DNA of 64,000 nt from NCBI GenBank assembly GCA_963703955.1, contig CAVPGK010000001.1, positions 29,520 through 93,519 of the forward strand, in the 5' to 3' direction. Position 1 is the stretch's first letter. Every line of letters starts with the position of its first letter. The notes beneath the pieces were generated by a model, which worked only from the letters and a program-made list of their open reading frames with translations, searched no databases and was not told the origin of the DNA. Below, piece after piece: positions 39,521-50,223 of this stretch. Source of the DNA: Nitrospirota bacterium. Lineage in GTDB: Bacteria; Nitrospirota; Nitrospiria; Nitrospirales; Nitrospiraceae. The position numbers and the translations under genes were made by a program.

Positions 39521-41095
39521 ATGGTTAAAGTCGGACTGATCGCGCTCGCCGGTTTGACTCTACTCTGGCTGTTGGCTGACCGCCGGTCCGGCCAACGGCT
39601 GGCCCGATGGTCGTCCAGCCTCGAGAGAGCGCCTCAACAAACTCATCGAGGTCTAGCGTTCGTGCTGATCGTGGCATGGACGGTCATTCTGTGTTTCGTG
39701 AAAGTGCAACAACAGGCGTTGATTCAAACAGGGTTTGACTTGGCGATTTACGCCAACGTGGCCTGGCACATGGTGCATGGGCCTATCTTCTATGATGCGA
39801 TCTTTGATCGCAACATCTTGGGCGGGCATTTCAGTCCGATCTATCTCCTTCTCGGCCTCTTCTATGAGGTGTACCCTCATCCGGCCACATTAATGGTAGT
39901 TCAAAGTCTCGGATTAGGACTCGGGGCGGTCGCGGTCTACCTGATTGCGGTTCGGCGACTCGGGTATTCCTTATGGCCGTTTGGAGCGCTCGCGCTCTAC
40001 TGCGCTCATTCGTATCTCCATATTGCGCATGCCAAAGACTTTCACACGACTCTCTTGGCCATTCCCGTGTTGTTGTGGATGGTGTATGGCGTCGAATGCG
40101 GTCGTCGCGTGGTGGTCGTGCTGCTGGGAGCGTTGGCGCTGACGATTGAAGAAGGTGTGCCCCCGGCGGTGGCTGGGGTGGGTCTCTACTTGATTGCCTT
40201 TCGTGCGCCTCTGCGAATCGTGGGGTGGGTCTGCCTGTTGATGGCGACGGCCTATTTCTTTGTCGTGACTGCCGTCATGATGCCGCTCCTCTCTAAACCG
40301 GGAAGTCATTTGCTGTGGGATCGCTACGCCCATCTGGGAGGATCCGTCAAGGAGGCACTCATCAATCTAGTCACGCACCCTCTGTGGGCAGTACAGCAGG
40401 CGGTGATCGTGGACAACAAGTGGTTCTATCTGCTGGCCTTTTTCGGCTCGCTCGGATTCGTGCCCCTGCTTGCCTGGCGGGAAAGCTTGCTCACGACGTT
40501 GCCTCTCCTGGCGATGATCCTCAGCCGAAATCCAGGTCAATATAAGCTCGGCTTCCATTACGCCGCCCCTGCGCTGCCGTATCTGTACTATGCCATGGTG
40601 CATGGGGTACGAGTCGCCCGCAAACACCTCTCGGTCTGGATTCCGTCTATGGAGATCCGTAGTCGCGTAGCGGTCGGAGTCGTCGCGGCGCTGGTGGGGT
40701 TCAATGTGTCCCAGTTTCCAAGCTACGATCTCACGCGTATCGATCATGACTATGTCATCGCCGCTCGCCAAGTCCTCTCGGTGATTCCGGATGGAGCCAG
40801 CGTGGCTGCAAGCGGAGCCTTGGTTCCCCAACTTGTGAATCGCCATCTGGTTTGCTATGTACAGTGGGAGCCGGGCCGGTTGTGCGAGTGGGGCGCGCCG
40901 ACGTTCGTCATGTTGGATCTGGGGGAGCGTCGTTCGCAAGCCGTGCCCTTGTCCATGAGAAGGCAATATGTCACTTCACTCGTGAACGGGCTTGGATATG
41001 TTATCGTACGTGACCAGGGCGATTTCGTTATTCTCCAGGGACGCGAGCGATTGGGACATGAATTTGCCCCGTCCCCTCTCATGAAAACATTTTGA
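39521..41095 (+). CDS. DUF2079 family polytopic membrane protein (predicted GT-C-like)
   Basis: TGFDLAIY, LGGHFSP, DFH, IEE and GFHYAAP motifs; many TM segments. Confidence 0.78.
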   Translation: MVKVGLIALAGLTLLWLLADRRSGQRLARWSSSLERAPQQTHRGLAFVLIVAWTVILCFVKVQQQALIQTGFDLAIYANVAWHMVHGPIFYDAIFDRNILGGHFSPIYLLLGLFYEVYPHPATLMVVQSLGLGLGAVAVYLIAVRRLGYSLWPFGALALYCAHSYLHIAHAKDFHTTLLAIPVLLWMVYGVECGRRVVVVLLGALALTIEEGVPPAVAGVGLYLIAFRAPLRIVGWVCLLMATAYFFVVTAVMMPLLSKPGSHLLWDRYAHLGGSVKEALINLVTHPLWAVQQAVIVDNKWFYLLAFFGSLGFVPLLAWRESLLTTLPLLAMILSRNPGQYKLGFHYAAPALPYLYYAMVHGVRVARKHLSVWIPSMEIRSRVAVGVVAALVGFNVSQFPSYDLTRIDHDYVIAARQVLSVIPDGASVAASGALVPQLVNRHLVCYVQWEPGRLCEWGAPTFVMLDLGERRSQAVPLSMRRQYVTSLVNGLGYVIVRDQGDFVILQGRERLGHEFAPSPLMKTF

Positions 41096-41162
41096 CGGGG
41101 CCTGCTCCAGCCTGTTGTTCGGTTGTGAACTTAATGGCCTGGATGGTCTGCGTAAGGGCAAG

Positions 41163-42122
41163 ATGACCGAACGACCACTCTCGAATGAGAAGGCCGTGTC
41201 CGTGGTGGTACCCGTGTATAACAGCGCGGACAGTTTGCCGATTCTGGCCGATCGGGTGGCATCGGTCTTCAGTTTCCTTGGTTGTCGCTATGAGTTGATT
41301 CTGGTTGATGACGGGAGCCGGGACGCAAGCGAGGAAGTGATTCGGACCCTCGCCGTTAAGTCACCCGCCGTAAAAGGAATCGCGCTCATGCGGAATTACG
41401 GTCAACATAACGCGCTTCTCTGTGCGATTCGAGCGGCACGGTTCGAGGTGATTGTCACACTGGACGACGACCTCCAACACCCTCCCGAGGAAATTCCCAA
41501 ACTTTTGAACAAGCTCGATGAGGGCTACGACGTGGTCTATGGCACGCCGCAAACACAGCAGCACGGTCTGTGGCGAGGCCTTGCTTCCCGGATCACCAAA
41601 TTGGCTCTGCAAAGCACCATGGGGATTGAAACGGCGCGCGGAGTGAGCGCGTTTCGAGCCTTTCGTTGTGGAATACGAGAGTCATTTGCCAATTATCAGG
41701 GTCCGTTTGTCTCGATTGATGTGCTGCTCACCTGGGGGACGAGGCGTTTTGCCGCGATCCCCGTGCACCATGCTCCGCGCGTCATCGGGCAATCCAACTA
41801 CACGTTTCGCAAACTGATCACGCATGCCTTAAACATGATGACTGGGTTTAGCGTCTTGCCCCTTCAACTCGCCAGTCTCCTCGGCTTCGCATTGACGTTC
41901 TTCGGAGTGGGCATTTTACTCTTTGTGCTCGGGCGATATCTGATCCATGGCAAGAGCGTGCCAGGATTTCCATTCCTGGCCTCGATCATTGCGATCTTCT
42001 CCGGGGCGCAACTCTTCACGTTGGGAGTGATCGGCGAATACCTCGCGCGAATGCACTTTCGGATGATGGATAGGCCGGCCTACACCATACGTTCACAGAC
42101 TTCTCGATGCGAGTCGCCATGA
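41163..42122 (+). CDS. Polyprenyl-phosphate glycosyltransferase (GtrB/ArnC-like GT2)
   Basis: RNYGQHNA, LDDDLQHPPEEIP, SNY, two C-terminal TMs, IGEYLARM. Confidence 0.88.
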   Translation: MTERPLSNEKAVSVVVPVYNSADSLPILADRVASVFSFLGCRYELILVDDGSRDASEEVIRTLAVKSPAVKGIALMRNYGQHNALLCAIRAARFEVIVTLDDDLQHPPEEIPKLLNKLDEGYDVVYGTPQTQQHGLWRGLASRITKLALQSTMGIETARGVSAFRAFRCGIRESFANYQGPFVSIDVLLTWGTRRFAAIPVHHAPRVIGQSNYTFRKLITHALNMMTGFSVLPLQLASLLGFALTFFGVGILLFVLGRYLIHGKSVPGFPFLASIIAIFSGAQLFTLGVIGEYLARMHFRMMDRPAYTIRSQTSRCESP

Positions 42123-42243
42123 ACGGGGATACCATACTGAATCTTTTTCCTTCGGGGACTCACCGTGTCGAGGGGCAACCCGGTCGAAATAACCGCGTAC
42201 GGCGCCGGATCGGCGGGGATGAGCGATTGCGCCGGAGTCTCAC

Positions 42244-43047
42244 ATGACGGAGCGCTACAGTCTCGAACAAATCCGTGAATTTTGGACGCAACAAGCGCTC
42301 GATCATGGGCAATCCCCGGTCGCTTCTTGGTCCGACCGTCGGGTGATCGAGATGGAGATACGCGAAATTCTGAATCGGCTTGAACACGGCGACCGGGTGT
42401 TGGACCTGGGATGCGCTAATGGGTTTTCGACCATCCAGTTCGCCGCCCACAAGGGGGTGTGGGTGCGTGGATTGGACTATATTCCGGAAATGATCGAGCA
42501 CGCCAAACGGCGACTCAACGAGATGGACCCTCAGTTTCGGAGTCGAGTGCAGTTCGACGTCGGCGACATTACCGCTTTACAGGAGCAGCCTGAAAGTTAC
42601 GACAAAGTCGTGGTGATTCGAGTCATCATTAACTTGGGGGATTGGACTCGCCAAATGCAGGGCATCCGAGAGTGTATTCGCGTTCTGAAGCCCGGTGGCC
42701 TGCTGTTGCTGTCGGAGGCGACACGACAGGGCTGGAATCAACTCAATCGCTTGAGGAGGGAGTGGAGGCTGCCGGACATCCCGATGCCGCTGTTTAATCT
42801 GTACGTGGACCAGGAACAACTGGCGAACGCAGTGGCCTCGGAGCTTGAACTGGTGGAGATCAGTAACTTCTCCAGTACCTACTACGTCGGCACGCGCGTG
42901 CTGAAACCACTGCTGATTCAGGCGCTTGGGGCCGGGCATCATATCAATGCGGCGGATCCCGAGATGGAATGGAACCGGTGGTGCGCGCAATTGCCTGCGG
43001 CCGGCGACTACGGCACGCAAAAACTGTTCGTGTTTAGGAAACGATGA
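42244..43047 (+). CDS. Class I SAM-dependent methyltransferase
   Basis: VLDLGCANG and RVLKPGG motifs. Confidence 0.85.
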   Translation: MTERYSLEQIREFWTQQALDHGQSPVASWSDRRVIEMEIREILNRLEHGDRVLDLGCANGFSTIQFAAHKGVWVRGLDYIPEMIEHAKRRLNEMDPQFRSRVQFDVGDITALQEQPESYDKVVVIRVIINLGDWTRQMQGIRECIRVLKPGGLLLLSEATRQGWNQLNRLRREWRLPDIPMPLFNLYVDQEQLANAVASELELVEISNFSSTYYVGTRVLKPLLIQALGAGHHINAADPEMEWNRWCAQLPAAGDYGTQKLFVFRKR

Positions 43048-44183
43048 ATTATGCTATCCCTTTTAATCGGCCGTGTTGTGTGGGGAACGAGTATGCCTAT
43101 ATCGCAGAAACTATCGCTCAAGGCCACATATCCGGGGATGGCGTGTTTACCAAACGATGCCAAGCTTACTTGCAGGACACGCTCGGAGCGCGAGCCGTTC
43201 TTCTCACGACGTCGGGGACGCACGCCCTGGAGCTTGCCGCATTGCTGCTGGACCTTCAGCCCGGGGACGAAGTCATTTTGCCGTCCTTCACCTTTGTGTC
43301 AACCGCCAATGCCTTCGCGCTCAGAGGCGCAAAGCCTATCTTCGTAGATATCAGGCCGGATACGTTGAACCTGGATGAATCCCAACTTGAACGCGCGCTC
43401 TCTTCCCGGACACGCGCGATCGTACCCGTTCATTATGCGGGCGTGGCCTGCGAGATGGATGTGATTATGGAGACGGCTGGACGTCATGGCATCCTAGTTA
43501 TCGAAGACAACGCTCATGGTCTGTTCGGTAGGTACAAGGGAAAGGAGTTGGGGACCTTCGGGTGCTTGGCGGCGCAGAGTTTTCACGAGACCAAGAACTA
43601 CACGAGCGGAGAAGGCGGGGCGCTACTCGTTAATGACGCGCGTTATCTGGATCGCGCCGAAATCCTCAGAGAGAAGGGCACCGATCGCAGCCGTTTTTTT
43701 CGTGGTCAAGTGGACAAGTATACGTGGATCGATCTGGGCTCCAGTTACCTGCCCTCCGACATTCTCGCCGCATTTCTGTATGCTCAACTCGAAGCACGGG
43801 AAAAGGTTCAAGAGAAACGTCGGCACATCTGGGAATATTATGCCCGTCAACTTCAACCGTGGGCCCAGATCAACAACGTTCGGCTTCCGATCATCCCCTC
43901 CTCGTGCGAGCAGCCATATCACATGTTCTATCTGTTATTGCCGTCGATCGAGCATCGTCAAGGGTTGATCGCGCACCTGAGAGCCCACAGTATCCTGAGC
44001 GTCTTTCATTACCAGCCGTTGCATCTTTCACCCATGGGGCTTCGATACGGGTACCGAGCCGGCGCGTGTCCGATCACCGAACGGGTGAGCGACTGTTTGC
44101 TTCGTCTACCCTTTTACAACGATTTGGCGACGCACGAGCTTGAAAGAATAGTCGAAGCCGTGTGCTCCTTTCGGTGTGCCTGA
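43044..44183 (+). CDS. wecE: dTDP-4-amino-4,6-dideoxygalactose transaminase (WecE/RffA family)
   Basis: FTFVSTANAF, SFHETKN and EKGTDRSRFFRGQVDKYTW motifs. Confidence 0.85.
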   Translation: MNYAIPFNRPCCVGNEYAYIAETIAQGHISGDGVFTKRCQAYLQDTLGARAVLLTTSGTHALELAALLLDLQPGDEVILPSFTFVSTANAFALRGAKPIFVDIRPDTLNLDESQLERALSSRTRAIVPVHYAGVACEMDVIMETAGRHGILVIEDNAHGLFGRYKGKELGTFGCLAAQSFHETKNYTSGEGGALLVNDARYLDRAEILREKGTDRSRFFRGQVDKYTWIDLGSSYLPSDILAAFLYAQLEAREKVQEKRRHIWEYYARQLQPWAQINNVRLPIIPSSCEQPYHMFYLLLPSIEHRQGLIAHLRAHSILSVFHYQPLHLSPMGLRYGYRAGACPITERVSDCLLRLPFYNDLATHELERIVEAVCSFRCA

Positions 44184-44995
44184 TGGAATCGCTTCAGTCA
44201 TCCGGATCGTCGGAGTCGATCCTCACGCCCATGCAAAGCGTGCCATCTTATCCACCGGAGGCGTTCGAGTTCCTCGAAGGCGTGGAAGAGCGACATTTCT
44301 GGTTTATCGAACGGAACCGTATCATCGGCGAGTGGCTGATGCGACATATTCCCGATATTCGGCACAGGCGTGTTCTTGAGGTGGGCTGTGGAAACGGAAC
44401 GGTCCTGTCTCATTTGCATCGAATGGGACTCCAGGTGATGGGGGTGGATCTCTTTCAAAGGGCGTTGGTTCGTTGCCGGCGGCGAGTCCTCGCCCCGCTC
44501 TATCGGGCTGATGCCATGAGACTGCCTTTTCACGAACGTGTCGGAGTCGTGGGGTTGTTTGATTGCTTGGAGCATTTCGATTATCCAGACCAGCTGTTAG
44601 GAGAAATACGCCGGTGCCTGATTCCCGGCGGGGTTCTTTTGGTCACTGTTCCGGCAGTTCCCAGCCTCTACGGGTGGGTCGACCGGCTTAGCGGCCACCG
44701 GTTACGCTATCGGCGAGCGGACCTGGTCGACCAGCTTCGGTCCAACGGGTATGAAATCGAGCGAATCTCCTATTTCATGACCGCCGTGTTTCCGGCTATC
44801 ATGGCGTCACGATTGCTCAACGAGTGGCGTTTTCGAAATATTCCTGACCACCATAAACCGTTCGCTGAACAGTTCCAGGTCCCTCCCGGAATGAATACAC
44901 TCTTTCGCTGGCTGTGTGCGCTTGACCATCTTGCCCTGCGCTTCATGAACCTTCCGATCGGCGGATCGCTGATCGCGTTAGCGAGAAAAACGTGA
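44183..44995 (+). CDS. Class I SAM-dependent methyltransferase
   Basis: EERHFWF, LEVGCGNG, LEH, TVPA, GHRLRY and GGSLI motifs. Confidence 0.85.
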   Translation: MESLQSSGSSESILTPMQSVPSYPPEAFEFLEGVEERHFWFIERNRIIGEWLMRHIPDIRHRRVLEVGCGNGTVLSHLHRMGLQVMGVDLFQRALVRCRRRVLAPLYRADAMRLPFHERVGVVGLFDCLEHFDYPDQLLGEIRRCLIPGGVLLVTVPAVPSLYGWVDRLSGHRLRYRRADLVDQLRSNGYEIERISYFMTAVFPAIMASRLLNEWRFRNIPDHHKPFAEQFQVPPGMNTLFRWLCALDHLALRFMNLPIGGSLIALARKT

Positions 44996-45036
44996 CGCAT
45001 AATTACCTTGCGGAGGGCTAGGGAATTCCCGTATCT

Positions 45037-46404
45037 TTGTCCATGCGGACCGTTATGGAACAATCCAACGTATCAGGTAGACTTGATGGTGACCAACCCG
45101 TGGAAACAGCCACGATCACGGCAAAGCTGGAGATTGCAAATAAGAAGCTCAGCCGGAGTCTTCCATGGAACATGCCAGCAGGGATGTGGACTATCCAGGG
45201 CTATGGGTTAATGATCCTCATTTTTCTCAGTTTTTTCCCAAGGTTATCTCACGTCGGGGAATATTTGTTCCTGACCTTGGTTTTAGCCGCGGTGACGGCC
45301 GCTTGGCTCGAAGGGAAGAAAATTCTTGTCCCGACGCCGATCGATGTTCCTCTGCTGCTGTTTGCCGGGTGGGTGCTCCTGACAGTTCCTTTTGCGACCG
45401 ACCCTGCCTACAGCTTCGCGGAATGGCGGAAGCTGGCGACCAAGATTCTTGCGTTCTATTGGGCATTTAGGGTGCTGCAGGCCCAGCCGAGCAGGACAAC
45501 GGCCCGGGGGGTTCTTACTGCAGTACAAATCGGCACCGCCGTGCTATGCATCTATGCTATTGCAGAATTCGTGGCCCGAGGCGGAGGCTGGGAAGACCGA
45601 TACGTTCGAGCTGCCGCGCCTTCTTCCGACTACAATTGGTTGAGCACCTACCTCGTCATGGTGATTCCATTAGTGACGCTGGCCGGTGTCGCCCTGCGGG
45701 CCTGGTGGCAACGGGCGGCGTGTGCAGCCATTGTCTGTCTAGCCGTGCTAGCACAGGTGCTGTCGTACACACGGGCAGGTTGGTTGGGGTTGGTCGCCGA
45801 AGGACTTGCGTTCGGATTACTGACCGGCCGGCGTCAGGTCGTGGCGTGGGTGTTGGGAGGATGTTTATTGGTTACCGGCGGTCTCTTGGCTGTCTCGCAG
45901 TTGGGGTATCAGCGGAGCACGGTTGACCCCTGGACGTTCAATGCGAGACTTGCGGTCTGGAAACTGGAAGTGGCCGAGGTTCTGGCGCATCCTTTGGTCG
46001 GAGTCGGCTATGGAGGCAATACCTTTATGATGCGCTTTGCTGATTATCCGGAAACCAAGAACGCCGATGGACCGCACAGCGCCTTTCTGATGGTTGCGAT
46101 GGGCAGCGGGCTCCCCGCGCTCGTGTTCCTAACGTGGACCCTCGTCAGCGCTATCCGCGTTCTTGTTCGGCACGCGAAGCAGATAGCCGATCGGTACGCG
46201 TATGCGATCACGCTCGCCGCGGCGATCATGATCATTGGGTTTGCCACCCGCAATATCTTCGACTATATGTTCGCAGGCAGCCTGGCCTATTTGTTCTGGA
46301 TGTTGCTGGCCACGGGATTGGCTGAGAATCCAGCGCATTCGGGTATCGAGAACTCTCGGACACTTGCGAACGAGGCGCTGAGCGTCGGCAATACGGGGAG
46401 ATGA
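45037..46404 (+). CDS. waaL: O-antigen ligase family protein
   Basis: Polytopic; [22 protein letters not shown] and PHS motifs; start uncertain. Confidence 0.8.
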   Translation: MSMRTVMEQSNVSGRLDGDQPVETATITAKLEIANKKLSRSLPWNMPAGMWTIQGYGLMILIFLSFFPRLSHVGEYLFLTLVLAAVTAAWLEGKKILVPTPIDVPLLLFAGWVLLTVPFATDPAYSFAEWRKLATKILAFYWAFRVLQAQPSRTTARGVLTAVQIGTAVLCIYAIAEFVARGGGWEDRYVRAAAPSSDYNWLSTYLVMVIPLVTLAGVALRAWWQRAACAAIVCLAVLAQVLSYTRAGWLGLVAEGLAFGLLTGRRQVVAWVLGGCLLVTGGLLAVSQLGYQRSTVDPWTFNARLAVWKLEVAEVLAHPLVGVGYGGNTFMMRFADYPETKNADGPHSAFLMVAMGSGLPALVFLTWTLVSAIRVLVRHAKQIADRYAYAITLAAAIMIIGFATRNIFDYMFAGSLAYLFWMLLATGLAENPAHSGIENSRTLANEALSVGNTGR

Positions 46405-46408
46405 ACGA

Positions 46409-47995
46409 ATGACCCAGGTGGCGGTGATCGGATCGGGCTATTGGGGAAAGAATCTGGTTCGAAACTTCTCTGCATTGAGCGCCTTGGGGGCAGTCTGCGA
46501 CAGTGATGAGGATACGCTGGCGGGCTTTCGCATGCAGTATCCACACGGTCGGGTTGTCAAGGCTTACAGTGACGTCTTGCGGGATGAAACCCTGGGCGCG
46601 GTTGCCATTGCCACGCCGGCCGAGACTCATGCGACCTTGGTCCGCGAGGCCTTGCTCGCCGGGAAAGATGTGTTCGTGGAGAAGCCCCTCTGCCTGTCCA
46701 TTGAGGAGGGGCAAGCTCTCGTGAAGCTGGCCAAGGACCGCCAACGGATCTTGATGGTCGGGCACTTGCTCTGGTATCACCCGGCCATCCTCAAGCTCAA
46801 GGAATTCATCGACAGCGGGGAACTCGGACGGATTCAGTATATCTATTCAAACCGGCTCAATTTGGGGAAGATTCGGCGAGAGGAGAATATTCTCTGGTCC
46901 TTTGCTCCGCACGACATCTCGGTTATCTTAGGGCTGCTGGGTGAGATGCCGGATGTGGTCCGGGCGCAGGGCGGGAACTATCTACATCAGCGGATCGCAG
47001 ATGTGACTGTCAGCCTCATGTCCTTTGCCAGCGGCGTCAAGGCGCATATTTTCGTGTCGTGGCTCCATCCGTTCAAAGAGCAGAAGTTGATCGTCGTCGG
47101 AGACCGCAAGATGGCCGTGTTCGATGACATCGAAAAGAAAGACAAACTGCTGCTCTATCCTCACTCGATCGATTGGAAAAACCAGATTCCGATCGCTAAT
47201 AAGGCGGATGCTCAGCCTGTCCCATTGAAGGACGGTGAGCCACTGCAGGCCGAATGTCTGCACTTCCTCGACTGCGTTCGGACTCGCCAGCGCCCGCGCA
47301 CGGATGGAGAGGAAGGGCTTCGGGTTCTCACCGTCCTGCAGCAATGCCAGGAGTCATTGGAATCGGAAGGGAAAGAGCTTCGGTCCAAAGGAAGCGCCAA
47401 GACCGGGGCCTCCTTGGGCTATGTTGTGCATGAATCGGCCTACGTGGATGATGGTGTGCAAATTGGAGAAGGGACCAGCATTTGGCATTTCTCCCATGTC
47501 CTCAAGGGCACGCGGATCGGGAAGAAATGCAAAATTGGACAGAACGTCGTGATCGGGCCGAACGTCACCGTCGGGGAGGGGGTTAAAATTCAGAACAATG
47601 TGTCGGTGTATGAAGGGGTGACATTGGAGGACTACGTATTTTGCGGTCCTTCAATGGTCTTTACGAATGTCTTCAACCCGCGCAGCGAAATCCCCAGGAT
47701 GAACGAACTCCGGCCGACGCTCGTGAAGCGAGGAGCCACCTTAGGGGCGAATTGCACCATTCTCTGCGGGACTACGATAGGATACTATGCCCTCATCGGG
47801 GCGGGAGCCGTGGTCACCAAAGATGTTCCCGACCATGCTCTGGTGGTCGGCAACCCGGCGCGGGTTACAGGCTGGATGTGCGCGTGCGGCGCCAAATTGC
47901 AGATGAAAGGGGAAAATGGCATTTGTCGTACCTGTAACAAACAGTATGGGCTGGGGCGCACTGGGCTTCGGCCCATTTCGGTCAAGCATGAATAA
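46409..47995 (+). CDS. Fusion of Gfo/Idh/MocA dehydrogenase (WbpB-like) and hexapeptide N-acetyltransferase (WbpD-like)
   Basis: N-half GSGYWG, VEKP, APHD; C-half [37 protein letters not shown]. Confidence 0.87.
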   Translation: MTQVAVIGSGYWGKNLVRNFSALSALGAVCDSDEDTLAGFRMQYPHGRVVKAYSDVLRDETLGAVAIATPAETHATLVREALLAGKDVFVEKPLCLSIEEGQALVKLAKDRQRILMVGHLLWYHPAILKLKEFIDSGELGRIQYIYSNRLNLGKIRREENILWSFAPHDISVILGLLGEMPDVVRAQGGNYLHQRIADVTVSLMSFASGVKAHIFVSWLHPFKEQKLIVVGDRKMAVFDDIEKKDKLLLYPHSIDWKNQIPIANKADAQPVPLKDGEPLQAECLHFLDCVRTRQRPRTDGEEGLRVLTVLQQCQESLESEGKELRSKGSAKTGASLGYVVHESAYVDDGVQIGEGTSIWHFSHVLKGTRIGKKCKIGQNVVIGPNVTVGEGVKIQNNVSVYEGVTLEDYVFCGPSMVFTNVFNPRSEIPRMNELRPTLVKRGATLGANCTILCGTTIGYYALIGAGAVVTKDVPDHALVVGNPARVTGWMCACGAKLQMKGENGICRTCNKQYGLGRTGLRPISVKHE

Positions 47996-48004
47996 GGAGT
48001 CGGC

Positions 48005-49153
48005 ATGACTATCCCCTTACTGGATCTCAATGCTCAACACCAGCCGCTTCACCAGGAACTCATGGCGGCCATCGAGCACACCCTTCGCAGCCAGGCCTTC
48101 ATTCTCGGTCCGGATGTCACCAAGTTGGAAGAGCGCATTGCTAGCTATTGTCGCACACAGTTTGCGATCGGCGTCTCATCGGGTACGGACGCGCTCTTGG
48201 TCGCCTTGATGGCGATTGACATCCGTCCCGGCGACGAAGTGGTGACGACTCCCTATTCCTTCTTTGCCACCGCCGGCGTGATTTCGCGATTGGGCGCCAA
48301 GCCGGTGTTCGTGGATATCGATCCGGTGACGTATAACATCGATCCCGCAAAGCTCGAGCCGGCGATTTCAGCAAGAACCAAGGCGCTCATTCCTGTTCAT
48401 CTGTACGGACAGTGTGCCGATATGGCTTCCATCTTGGAGATTGCGACTCGGCGCGGTCTGGCCGTCATCGAAGATGCGGCCCAGGCCATCGGAGCGGAAT
48501 ATCGGGACGGCAGACGCGCCGGCAGCATGGGATCGGCAGGCTGTCTTTCATTCTTTCCCAGCAAGAATTTGGGTGCCTTGGGAGACGGAGGGATGGTGGT
48601 GACGAGTGACGGCGAGCTGGCTGAAAAGATAAGGATTCTCCGCGTCCACGGAGGCCAACCGAAGTACTATCACAAGATCATTGGCGGCAATTTTCGTCTG
48701 GATTCTATTCAGGCGGCCGTGCTGAATGTAAAGTTGAACTATCTAGACGGGTGGACCAAACGCCGGCAAGAGAACGCCCGGCGATATGAATCGCTCTTCA
48801 CCCAAAGCGGGCTGATTCAGAAACGGAAGATCACGCTTCCGACAGCCGCCTACGCGCAGGAGGGGAGGCCCCGTGGTCACATCTATAATCAATTCGTCGT
48901 TCGGGTCCCCGAGCGTGATCGGCTCATGGCTCATCTCAAACAGCAAGGCATTGGGACTGAAATCTACTATCCGGTGCCCTTTCATCTCCAAGAATGCTTT
49001 CGATCGCTTGGGTATCGCAAGGGGGATTTCCCCGAGGCGGAACGCGCCGCCAACGAAACGCTAGCCTTGCCGATATATCCCGAACTGACCGCTGAACAGC
49101 AAGCGTGTGTGGTGGAATCGATCACAGAGTTTTACCGGACGATTCACGCCTGA
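48005..49153 (+). CDS. DegT/DnrJ aminotransferase (WbpE/GnnB-like)
   Basis: [24 protein letters not shown] and NFRLD motifs. Confidence 0.9.
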   Translation: MTIPLLDLNAQHQPLHQELMAAIEHTLRSQAFILGPDVTKLEERIASYCRTQFAIGVSSGTDALLVALMAIDIRPGDEVVTTPYSFFATAGVISRLGAKPVFVDIDPVTYNIDPAKLEPAISARTKALIPVHLYGQCADMASILEIATRRGLAVIEDAAQAIGAEYRDGRRAGSMGSAGCLSFFPSKNLGALGDGGMVVTSDGELAEKIRILRVHGGQPKYYHKIIGGNFRLDSIQAAVLNVKLNYLDGWTKRRQENARRYESLFTQSGLIQKRKITLPTAAYAQEGRPRGHIYNQFVVRVPERDRLMAHLKQQGIGTEIYYPVPFHLQECFRSLGYRKGDFPEAERAANETLALPIYPELTAEQQACVVESITEFYRTIHA

Positions 49154-49236
49154 CGAAGGAGGCAGGGCCACCCTGGCTCCTCGCTGTACCGTCCCTTTTG
49201 CGATCCAGCGTCATACTATGTAGCCCGGAGCGAACC

Positions 49237-50223
49237 GTGGACCTACGCGGGAAAAAATTGTTGGTGATCGGTGGGGCAGGATTCATAGGCTCGCATCTGG
49301 TGGACGAACTTGTAAAAACTGACGCCGGCGAGATCCTCGTTTATGACAACTTTAGTCGCGGCACCCGTGACAATCTGACTGATTCGCTGAAGGATTCGCG
49401 TGTGCGTGTCTTTGGGTTGGGAGGAGATATCACCCAAATCGACATTCTCAACGAAGCGATGAAGGGAGTCGACGGCGTCTTCCATCTCGCTGCGCTGTGG
49501 CTGCTACATTGCCACGAGTACCCGCGATCGGCCTTCGAGGTCAACATGCGCGGAACATTCAACGTGCTGGAAGCCTGTGTGGCCAACAGGGTCGCGCGGC
49601 TAGTGTATTCCTCTTCTGCCTCCGTCTATGGAAACGCCGTTCAGATTCCGATGTCGGAAGACCATGTCTACAACAATCGAACTTTTTACGGGGCCACCAA
49701 GATCGCGGGAGAGCACATGTGCCGGGCTTACCACGAGCGATATGGTCTGAATTATGTCGGGCTTCGCTATATGAACGTGTACGGGTCAAGACAGGATTAC
49801 AAAGGGGCCTACATCGCGGTCGTGATGAAGGTTTTGGATCGCTTGGACCAGGGATTACCCCCGATCATCTACGGAGACGGGTCCCAGGAATACGATTTCG
49901 TTTATGTGTCCGATGTCGCTGTGGCTAATGTCAAGGCGATGCAGGCGGAGACCACCGACACTTTCTATAACGTAGGATCCGGACAAGCGACCACGATACG
50001 GGCCATTACTCAGATGATTCTGGAGATCACCGGATCACGCCTTCCGATTCACTATGAGCCGGCCGGCCAAACTTTCGTGACCAAACGAATCGGGGATCCG
50101 ACGAGAGCAGCGAGAGAACTGGGTTTCAGATCCACCATCGATTTGCGAGATGGCTTGAAGAGACTGATAGAATGGCGGTCCAGTCATAAAGAACAGGTCA
50201 CCGCACAGCGAGCGCTAGCATGA
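49237..50223 (+). CDS. NAD-dependent epimerase/dehydratase (extended SDR)
   Basis: GGAGFIGSH, SSSASVYG and YGATK motifs; GTG start at 49237. Confidence 0.9.
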   Translation: MDLRGKKLLVIGGAGFIGSHLVDELVKTDAGEILVYDNFSRGTRDNLTDSLKDSRVRVFGLGGDITQIDILNEAMKGVDGVFHLAALWLLHCHEYPRSAFEVNMRGTFNVLEACVANRVARLVYSSSASVYGNAVQIPMSEDHVYNNRTFYGATKIAGEHMCRAYHERYGLNYVGLRYMNVYGSRQDYKGAYIAVVMKVLDRLDQGLPPIIYGDGSQEYDFVYVSDVAVANVKAMQAETTDTFYNVGSGQATTIRAITQMILEITGSRLPIHYEPAGQTFVTKRIGDPTRAARELGFRSTIDLRDGLKRLIEWRSSHKEQVTAQRALA

